Origin: Octopus sinensis
Lineage: Eukaryota
Length of the DNA stretch: 18,761 bases
Reading direction: 5' to 3'
Assembly: GCF_006345805.1 (NCBI RefSeq)
Contig: NW_021824413.1
Coordinates: 1 to 18,761, forward strand
Shown here: piece after piece, positions 10,077 to 18,761 of the stretch
Layout of the letters: each line of letters opens with the position of its first letter
Position numbering within the stretch: position 1 is the first letter of the stretch
Notes under the pieces: model-generated
What the model was told of the DNA's origin: nothing
Seen by the model: only the letters and a program-made list of their open reading frames with translations
The model's database searches: none
Position numbers and translations under genes: made by a program

Positions 10077-10779
10077 GGTAATACCAGAAAATTCTGAAAT
10101 AATATTTAAAGAATTTCGCTGCTATTTGTGATCCATGCTACTTTCTATCGAAAGTTCATTATTCTTACATTCTGCAAATGGCTTCTACTACAATTTGCTT
10201 GTTTGCAATATATAAAAATACTGTTTCTTAGTTATCAATTTTTATTCTATTTTTATCCCACTTCCCTTATTAGAATACAAATGAATAGAAATTGAGGGAA
10301 AGTATTACTCTGACTTATATATTGTATTCTCACAGAAATCTCGTTATTTCTCGTGTAAAATCATTTGTAATTTAACACAATTTTTTCGTCATGTTTATTT
10401 TTAAGATTCATTTTGTATTTCATACTTTAGTTTTGTTTTGTAATTTTTACTTCCTTTTTTTTTCTTTCATATACTTCTATTTTTCCTTATTCCTTATTCT
10501 TTATGTTTTCATTTCTTTAACTACAGCAGTCAAAAAATATAAATTCCATTTTATGAATACAAAGACACTAGTGCTTTCCTAAGGCCTCCGTTGGTCAGGC
10601 TTATCTGCCGCTGGATAGACTCTCTGGTTATTTGGAAAGTGATTGTAAAACTAGGCTAACAGAAGGACCCATAGTGTCTGGCTTTCATGTGAACCGTTTT
10701 ATTTGTTACAAAGCAATACATGAGTCCCAGTAACATAAAGGGAGCCAGCTTCATAAACAGAGAGCGAAGTACAGACAGA

Positions 10780-10911
10780 CAAATAGGTGGACAGATAGAC
10801 AGAAAGATAGGTAGACACATAAATATACAGAAAGAAAGACGGACGGAAAGATAAAATAGAGAGAGAGAGACATACATAGAGACAGACAGCTAGATAGACA
10901 GACAGAAAAAT

Positions 10912-10991
<80 letters not shown>

Positions 10992-11040
10992 GGATGGATG
11001 GATGGATGGATGGATGGATAGATAGAGATAGATAGATTGA
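10780..11040. repeat. (GACA)n/(GATA)n/(GGAT)n tetranucleotide array
   Basis: Direct inspection. Confidence 0.95.
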
Positions 11041-11399
11041 CAAGTAGGAAGCCTGGCAGGAAGTAGATATAGTAAAAGTCTCGGGTCCTTCGATTACACA
11101 GTTGTCTTCATGTCTTGCTTTGCTTCTAAAAGTTTAAACAAGTCTACAATCGATCCCCTTAGAAAATAACTGGAGAGTATTTTTGCGGCGAGTAAAGACA
11201 GACTGTAAGGAGATTAATGAAGAATACAGCCACGACAATGAGATATGATAAGAGCGATATGTTTGGGAAATAGAAAAAGTTAAAAGAAATGAAAACTAGA
11301 AACAGAGGAAAATGGCGGAAAACGGAAATGAAAACATTTGTAAATATAAAGACAATGACGAAGCAAACAGACTTGCTATAATGGAGGGCGAGTTTTTTT

Positions 11400-11444
11400 T
11401 GTGTGTGTTTGTGTATGTGTGAGATTATGTGTGTGTGTGTGTGT

Positions 11445-11478
<34 letters not shown>

Positions 11479-11580
11479 GTGAGTATGAAGACATGTGTGT
11501 AGGTATGTTTCAATGCATATACATAAAGATATGAATACATGTATGTATTCTCATATATATATATATCTGTGTGTGTATAT

Positions 11581-11615
<35 letters not shown>

Positions 11616-12237
11616 CTTACATATATATATATACATATATATAAACCTATATGTATATACACATACATATATACATAGACACAGAACTATATATACATAT
11701 ATATATGTATGGATGTATGTATTTATGTATATATGTATGTACATATATTTCTATACATATATATGCAAACATATAGATATACGTTATATATATATATATT
11801 ATATATATATATATATATGTTCATATATAGGTATATACATATATAAACATATACGCACACACAAATATATATATATATGTGTGTGTACATACACATATAT
11901 ATGCATACACACATATATATGCGAGTGTGCGTACGTATATGTGTGTTTGTGCGTAAGTACACGCGTTTGTGTACAAAACATGTTAAGCTGTTATTCGTAC
12001 ACAAACACATATATTATATATGTATATGCACATACATACATACATACATGCGTGCATACATACATACATACATACATACATATAATTTCGTATTATATTT
12101 CTCGTAACTGCTATACATACAGCAACCACGTAATGCATATACATACACATGTATTAATTATATATATATATATGTATATATATATATAATATATATATAT
12201 ACATATATATGTATGTATGTATGTATGTATGCATGTG

Positions 12238-12306
<69 letters not shown>

Positions 12307-12379
12307 GATATATTATACTATATATATATAGATATATATATATATATATATATGTACGTGTATGTATATGTGAGGGGTA

Positions 12380-12414
<35 letters not shown>

Positions 12415-12420
12415 ACGCGT
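11400..12420. repeat. Compound (TG)n/(TA)n/(TACA)n low-complexity region of about 1 kb
   Basis: Direct inspection. Confidence 0.95.
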
Positions 12421-12599
12421 GAGTATGGAAAAGCGGATGAGAGTGTGGATGTTTTCGAGCAGTGTGTTATTTTTGTGTTGAAGTGTATAAGTGGTGTGTA
12501 GGGGGGGGGGGGAAGGGGGATGGAAAAAAAAACTCCTCCACAAAATGCATGACTCAGAACAATAGGGAGTTTGCAGAAACAATACCAGTCGTGACTGAC

Positions 12600-13148
12600 T
12601 TGATGCTGTTGTTGGTGTTGCTGGTGATGATGATGATGGTATTGATGGTTGTGGTGGAGCTGGTAGTGGTGGTGTTTGTGATTGTGTTAGATGATGGTAT
12701 TGGTTATGGTGTTGCTGGTGGTGGTGGTGGTGGGGGTGGGGTCAATCGTAATGATGGTGGTGCGGGTGGTCATGCTAGTGCTAACGATGGTTGTTATGGT
12801 GGTGGTGGTGGTGGTGGTGATGGTGGTGGTGGTGATGGTGGTGGTGGTGGTGGTGGTGGTGGTGGTAGTGGTAGTGTTGTTGTTGGTGGTGGCGGCGGTG
12901 TTGGTGGCGGAAGATGTGGAGTCCCTAGTGTGGCCAGTGGCAGCAGCATTGCTTGTGCAAATACGCTGGTGGTGGTGGTGGTGTGGTGGTGGTGGTGTGG
13001 TGGATGATGATGGTGGTTTGTTTTGAATGATGTTGGTAATGGTGAAGATGGTGGTGGAAGTGGTGTCCACAATGGTAGTAATGGCACTGGTGTTGTAGAG
13101 GAGGTGGTGTTGGTGGTGACGTTGCTGAGAATCAGTGCTAGCTTTAGA

Positions 13149-13191
<43 letters not shown>

Positions 13192-13312
13192 ATAGTAGTA
13201 GTAGTAATAGTAGTAGTAGCAGCAGCGGCAGCAGCAGTAGTAGTAGTAGTAGTAGTAGTAGTAAGTAGTAGTAGTAGTAGTAGTAGCAGCAGCAGCAGCA
13301 GCAGCAGTAGCT

Positions 13313-13376
<64 letters not shown>

Positions 13377-13402
13377 CAGCAGCAGTAGTAGTAGTAGTAG
13401 TT
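12600..13402. repeat. (GGT)n-derived G-rich tract followed by an (AGC)n/(AGT)n compound array
   Basis: Direct inspection; source of the Gly/Val/Ser/Thr/Pro homopolymer ORFs. Confidence 0.92.
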
Positions 13403-13689
13403 GATAGCATTGGTGTAGCTATTGTTGGTGTGAGGTGATGTGTACTAGTGGTTGCTAGTTACAATATAGTTTCATTGCTCAGAAAATTATGTAGAATTTT
13501 TGGTGGTGACACTGTGCAAAGGGAAAACACCCTGAACTTCCGTTAATTATTTTTAGGGTACCCCCAGAGTTGGGTGGATGAAGGGGGCAGGATTTATTGT
13601 CAAACCTGACACGAATATTTACAACAAAAGGAAGTGTACAAAAGACATCCGCAGACCAGTTTATCGGGCGATGGATAAACGCCACTACA

Positions 13690-13772
13690 CAGGAAGAATT
13701 CATTTTGAACACAAAAGGCTGGAACAAATAAGGCAAAGCATTTTGAGCGATCCCTTAGCGATTCTACCAATA
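13690..13772 (-). mobile_element. Highly degenerate SINE head
   Basis: TTTTGAACAC...GGAACAAATA...AAGCATTTTG...TAGCGATTCTACCAAT parallels GAACTC...GAAATACC...GCATTTC...TAACGATTCTG of 7125-7190. Confidence 0.35.
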
Positions 13773-13799
13773 CACAGAACTCGAAAGAATGAAAAGTAT

Positions 13800-13911
13800 A
13801 GACAGATAGATAGATAGATAGTATAGTATAGATAGATAGAGAGAGAGAGAGAGAGAAGAGAGGAGAGAGAAAGAGAGAGGGAGAGTGAGAGAGGGAGAGA
13901 CAGACAGAGAC

Positions 13912-13944
<33 letters not shown>

Positions 13945-14190
13945 GATAGATAGATAGATCGATAGATAGATAGATAGATAGATCGATGGATAGATGGATT
14001 GATGAAGGGAGGGAGGGAAAGAGAGGAGGAGGAAAGGCATTTTGGTAGGAATGGAGGCCGAATCGGGAGGTTAAATGATATGAAATTTAAAACATGAAAG
14101 ACAGACAGAGAGAGAGTATAAAAGCGAGAAGAGAGGGGGGTGAGAGAGGGAGAGAGAGGGAGAAATAAATAAAGAGAAAGAGAGGAAGGA
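13800..14190. repeat. (GATA)n/(GA)n/(GACA)n purine-rich array
   Basis: Direct inspection. Confidence 0.92.
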
Positions 14191-14299
14191 GGTGGAGGTG
14201 TGTGGGGAGAGTTTTGTGTTCGATAATAACAAAGAAGAGGTATTAAGGGAATAGAAAAACGAAGTGGAAGTGGGAGGGCGGGGGTGTGGAACACTGGTG

Positions 14300-14414
14300 T
14301 TGATGATGATGATGATGATAATGGCTATCACTCTCGGCGTTGTCGTCGTCATCATCATCATCATCATCATCATCATTATCCTTGTCATAATCGTCGTCAT
14401 CATCATCCTCGTCG

Positions 14415-14450
<36 letters not shown>

Positions 14451-14590
14451 CATCATTATCTTTGTCATCATCATCATCATCATCATTATTATCCTTGTCA
14501 TCACCATCATTATCATCATCGTCGTCATCATCATCATCGTCATCATCATCATCATCATCATTATCTTTGTCATCATTATCATTACCATGA
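14300..14590. repeat. (GAT)n/(CAT)n array with a recurring ATTATC(C/T)TTGTCAT motif
   Basis: Direct inspection; TTGTCAT at 14382, 14462, 14495 and 14567. Confidence 0.92.
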
Positions 14591-14666
14591 TCAGTGTACT
14601 CATTAAGTATGATTTAGAGTGTGTGGAAGAAAAGAAAAGAAGTAGCGGCGAGATGAAAAGAAAGAG

Positions 14667-14709
<43 letters not shown>

Positions 14710-14934
14710 ACCAAGAATGAAGAATGGAAAAAAAGAAGGAAACGAAGAACGAGGTAAGGAAAGATACAACGAATGAAGAAAAGAAAGAGAAGGAAAAGAG
14801 AGAGAGAGAGAGAGCAGTAAGAAACGAACGTTCTTTAGAAATAACACGATGGCTACGATGGAGACGGCATGGATGGAGTGTAAAATATATAAGAAAGGAT
14901 CGTTACATACTAACACATACACATTTATATGAGC

Positions 14935-15476
14935 ATACATATATGCATGTATGCATGCATGAATGTACATGTGTATGTATGTATGTATGTATGTATGTGT
15001 GTATGTATGTATGCATGTATGTATGTATGCATGTATGTATGATGTATGTATGTATGTATGCATGTATGTATGCATGTATGTATGTATGTATGTTTGTATG
15101 TATGCATGTATGTATGTATGTATGCATGTATGTATGGATGTATGTATGTATGCATGTATGTATTATGTATGTATGTATGTATGTTTGTATGTATGCATGT
15201 ATGTATGTATGTATGCATGTATGTATGGATGTATGTATGTATGCATGTATGTATGGTGTATGTATGTATGTATGTTTGTATGTATGCATGTAATGTATGT
15301 TATGTATGTATGCATGTATGTAGTATGTATGCATTATGTATGTATTGTGGATGTATGTATGTTGCATGTATGTATTATGTATGTATGTTATGTATGTTTG
15401 TATGTATGCATGTATGTATGTATGTATGTATGCATGTATGTATGATGTATGTATGTATGCATGTATGTATGTATGC
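14935..15476. repeat. (TGTA)n array containing a 91-bp higher-order repeat
   Basis: GTTT variants at 15092, 15183, 15274 and GGAT variants at 15136, 15227. Confidence 0.92.
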
Positions 15477-15673
15477 GTTTTTTTTTTGTCTGCAGGGGTC
15501 GAGTGGATGGATGGATGAGAGGCAGACAGAGAAGTAGAAGGGATTAAGTTTCTGGCAAACTTCCGGCGTCTATCTCAAACCTAATCTGACTGGATTATCT
15601 AAGTTTATAAAACGACCACTGATACACCAAGACACCAATGTCTATATGCATCTATACATATATATATATATAG

Positions 15674-15704
<31 letters not shown>

Positions 15705-16166
15705 TTCACACACAAACCACCATCAACACTACCACCACCAACAGCAACAACGTCACTCTGCCATTCGGCTGTATTGACATTGGATTTTGGGCAGCAGACA
15801 ATCTCATTTGGATCCGGGTGGATCCGGCGAGGGTTTCGTTTCATTTTGTTTGCTTATAAGAGGGGTGCGGGGTCTCCCCACCCTCCACTTTTTTTTAAAG
15901 GAAAAACTGTGTCAGTTCAGTGGTAAAATAAAGAGATAAAGAAATAAAGAAATAAATGATATACCGCCAAAAATAACAGAAGATAAGAATAGCGGAATAT
16001 AAGAATGACAGAATCAATAAAGACATGAATGAAAGAATATATATAGCTAGAGTCGAAAATGATTGACAATTAAAAATGAAGAAACTGTACACACATACAT
16101 ACATACATACATACACACGCACACAAAATGTAAATTTACAATGCATATGTACATTGTATGTATGTC

Positions 16167-16216
<50 letters not shown>

Positions 16217-16315
16217 ACATACATTTTCATTTTTCAAAAAATATAACTACAAGTGGACGGTTGCCGATTTTTGTTCCTTCTCCTTCCTTTTCTTTTAGAT
16301 TTTCCTATGTCATTT

Positions 16316-16360
16316 GTTTCCGAAGAGGAGCTATTGCTCGAAACGTAAAACGTAAAACAA
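16316..16360 (+). ncRNA. Minimal type I hammerhead-ribozyme-like motif in a (TA)n-flanked module (about 16240-16460)
   Basis: GTTT / CCGAAGA-G / GAGC-tatt-GCTC / GAAA-CGTA / AAAC. Stems I and II pair and the ACGT palindrome forms stem III. U4 is C, and AAACGTA is duplicated (7 nt). Confidence 0.6.
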
Positions 16361-16965
16361 CCACTCTTTCGTTCCTTCTTTGAGTGTCTCATTAATACTT
16401 TGCATGTACTACGGCCTCGAGTTGTTTTTTCTTGTCTTTTCTTTCCGTTTTTTTAATCAATACATATATACATATATATACATATATATACAGACTCCCA
16501 CACATACACAGGCGCGCACACACATACATGTAGGTAGGGTCCCACACCTATATAAGATAGCCTTAATTCTTAAAACAATTCGAACATTAACTTTAGTTAT
16601 ACAGAATATATTCACACCCTTTGGTTTTCAGTATTTCTTCCACTACCAGGGTTGACCGCAGTCTGACCTTGATTTATTCCAACGGACTTTTTCGTCGGCC
16701 TCCAACCCCCCCCCCTGACGTCAACGCACATTGAGAGATAGTTTTGTGCTTTTTCATGGGCTCCTAAGGAGAGTTTTGTTCGAATACCTTGCTGCGCGCA
16801 TTTGTTTTGGATTTTTAAATTCCTGGATTTTCCTGAAGAGAATGCTGCAAAATGTCTCCTTATTCAATCCGAATTTGGAAATTTGCGGTCTTTGAAACAT
16901 GTGTAGAAAATAATAAAAGGAATTCTGTAGCATCTTCGTTCAGCTCCATTTCTTCCCTTCACTAA

Positions 16966-17012
<47 letters not shown>

Positions 17013-17115
17013 TAATATATATATATATATACATACATATATACACACATGTACATAGATAGATCGCTACCCACTAAACCTTTTCTATTTCCTCTCCCTG
17101 TTTATTTCTGTGTTC

Positions 17116-17151
17116 CTTTCTGTCAAAGAGCGTAGGCTCGAAACGTAAAAG
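17116..17151 (+). ncRNA. Second minimal hammerhead-like motif in a microsatellite-flanked module (about 17064-17245)
   Basis: CTTT / CTGTCAA-A / GAGC-gtag-GCTC / GAAA-CGTA / AAAG. Spacing is identical to 16316-16351 with a compensatory stem I pair. The core is degenerate. Confidence 0.5.
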
Positions 17152-17518
17152 ACTTTCTCACTTCCCGAGCGTTAAACTAATACATCTGTTTGTTGTTTAA
17201 ACACGCGTCTTCGTCTTTTTTTTAATTTTGTAAATGCTCGCTATACATATACATACATACATATATGTGTGTATATATGTGTGTATATACATACATATAC
17301 ATGTGTATATATATGTGTGTGTGTATGTATGCACACACACACACACATATATATATATACATATACATGTATGTATGTATGTATGTATGTGTTCTCCTCT
17401 GTTTTCTATTATATTCTGCCTCTGAGGAAAGAGCTGGTTTCTAACAAAGACACCAAACTCTATCATTGGAACATAGATAACGAAAACAATGTTACACGGT
17501 AAACTTGAAAAATCTCTT

Positions 17519-17631
17519 GCAAATTCCTCCGAAGTCGACTTTAACTTTTATCCTTTCGGGGTCGATGAATTAAGTACCAGCAGAGTACTGGGGACGATGT
17601 TATCGAGTATCTCCTTCACCCAAATTTCAAG

Positions 17632-17632
<1 letters not shown>
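17519..17632 (+). mobile_element. 5'-truncated SINE related to 6790-7203 and 9122-9354, in opposite orientation, with (ATT)n tail
   Basis: CAAATTCCTCCGAAGTCGACTTTAACTTTTATCCTTTCGGGGTCGATGAATTAAGTACCAG is the reverse complement, with substitutions, of about 6880-6942. Confidence 0.8.
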
Positions 17633-17677
<45 letters not shown>

Positions 17678-18229
17678 GAGTGAGAGAGCAGTGCATGCCA
17701 TCAAAGTGACACTGGGGTAAAATATACGAAGCCCAGCATAACCATCATGACTACCCGTCTGATAAGGGTACACTAGGCACATGCATCACAACAACATGTG
17801 CGCGATATGGTGATCTCATTTCAAGATAAACAGTACATGCCCTTGCAGGTGGGACCCAGTTAGAATTTTCTTCCAGTCGAGTAACCCATCCCGCTCAAAA
17901 GGTCCCTGAATAAGGGTTGTTTAATGATGTTGAACAATACACACCTTTCCAAAGGTGAATTATCCAAACCCCAAAGAATCCCTCTCAACACATGGCTATG
18001 ATGCTCCCCCACTACTTCTGCTCGTGATCAGAGATGCACATATCGTCAGCCACTAAGGGACATGCTCAACTGGTTACGGTCAAACAACTGACAAGCAAAT
18101 CTGTGGTATTGAGCAGAATATTTGCTGTAGTCCATCTTTTATACCAAGACAAAACAATGTACATGATAACACTTCCAATCAGTTAAGATCAGAAGCCATG
18201 GGAGCCACTGCCTGGTACTGCATCAGGGC
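17678..18229. mobile_element. 552-bp non-coding interspersed element inserted in an (ATT)n microsatellite
   Basis: Complex sequence with sharp borders, bracketed by (ATT)15 at 17633-17677 and (ATT)5 at 18230-18244. No ORF and no TIRs. I recall it as a recurrent octopus repeat (unverified). Confidence 0.6.
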
Positions 18230-18243
18230 ATTATTATTATTAT

Positions 18244-18340
<97 letters not shown>

Positions 18341-18358
18341 TGGTGGTGGTGGTGGTGG
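18230..18358. repeat. Compound ATT-AGT-AGC-AGT-GGT trinucleotide array
   Basis: Direct inspection. Confidence 0.95.
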
Positions 18359-18540
18359 CGTTGTCCTGCTGAGAAGAGTCTGTTATATGCAATGCCCACC
18401 AGACAAGCTGGCTGTGAGAAGGTGCTCAACTCCATTCATTAGATGAGGAGGAGAAAGAGAAAAGGGTAAAGAGCGGGAAGAAGGGGAAGGAACGTCTGAG
18501 GACGTGAGAAGGAGGGGAGGAGTAGGAGCGTTAATGGGAA

Positions 18541-18619
<79 letters not shown>
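18541..18619. repeat. (ATAG)n microsatellite, probably a retroelement tail
   Basis: Direct inspection. Confidence 0.95.
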
Positions 18620-18620
<1 letters not shown>

Positions 18621-18761
18621 GTTTCTTTATTGGCCACACAGGGCTGCACACAGATGGGACAAGTTACAAGGTAGAGCTTTTCTTTTGGGGGATGAAAGAA
18701 AAAAAAAAGGTGGCGTAGGTTTTCGATCAAAAGGGATCGTAAAAGGGGAAAAAAGGAAAGA
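18621..18761 (-). mobile_element. Retroelement 3' end (LINE 3'UTR or related SINE) with (ATCT)n tail, running off the window
   Basis: The minus strand ends CTTGTCCCATCTGTGTGCAGCCCTGTGTGGCCAATAAAGAAAC followed by (ATCT)n (18541-18619). It is homologous to the SINE tail at 6790-6840. Confidence 0.6.

Larger units (their letters stand above)
6467..18761 (-). other. Intron of sim (more than 12.3 kb); upstream PAS-B exon not found in window
   Basis: I found no sequence encoding a PAS-B-type segment (YYRFL..GGWVW..RPHCIVSVNY) followed by a GT donor on the minus strand. The region consists of repeats and short unique islands. Confidence 0.65.

Noticed and set aside
12555-12595. Minus-strand GIVSANSLL, resembling Sim CIVSVNYVL
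   Set aside because: It lacks the preceding RPHC/PAS-B sequence and a correctly phased donor, and a stop follows immediately.
12462-13007. 181-aa Gly-rich ORF with a hydrophobic stretch, superficially like a secreted or structural protein
   Set aside because: It is built from (GGT)n/(GAT)n repeats, which are open in most frames. It has no complex domain or splice evidence and is antisense within the sim intron.
13578-13817. 79-aa complex-looking plus-strand ORF (and the overlapping minus ORF 13479-13736)
   Set aside because: No recognisable family; it overlaps a decayed SINE head and runs into (GATA)n.
14724-15537. Long MYVC/HTYI repeat ORFs
   Set aside because: Translations of the (TGTA)n microsatellite; the same applies to the other YI/HT/CV/LSIY ORFs in the track.
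15810-15827. GGATCCGG repeated at a 10-bp period
   Set aside because: Most simply a tiny local duplication; I can tie no factor or function to it.
17422-17450. CTGAGGA-AA-GAGC as another hammerhead core
   Set aside because: There is no GCTC partner strand and no GAAA, so it is too decayed to support.
18160-18229. HDV-like ribozyme at the end of the 552-bp element (minus strand GCCCTGATG...CAGGC)
   Set aside because: I could not assemble the P1/P2/P3/P1.1 double pseudoknot by eye.
18414-18510. Two GTGAGAA Su(H)-type sites
   Set aside because: Short motifs in purine-rich low-complexity sequence between mobile elements; no supporting context.

Overview
AT-rich, microsatellite-dense eukaryotic DNA. 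The SINE families and repeat style point to an octopod cephalopod (inferred, not verified). The only supportable protein-coding feature is the large final coding exon of a minus-strand bHLH-PAS gene that I identify as single-minded (sim), from a splice acceptor at 6467-6468 to a stop at 3998-4000. The ORF track splits this exon in two because of a 1-nt deletion in a (CAA)n tract at about 4922. Positions 6467-18761 appear to be one intron of more than 12 kb, and positions below 3998 are 3'UTR or downstream DNA. The non-coding DNA contains several tRNA-derived SINE families, an internally deleted Helitron (Pif1 helicase motif plus hairpin-CTAG end) missed by the ORF track, and a 552-bp element inserted in (ATT)n. 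It also holds short (TA)n-embedded modules with minimal hammerhead-ribozyme architecture and covarying stems, plus higher-order microsatellite repeats. Nearly all other ORFs in the track are simple-repeat artefacts. I see no clearly new biological system; the hammerhead-like modules and SINE rearrangements are the most promising leads.
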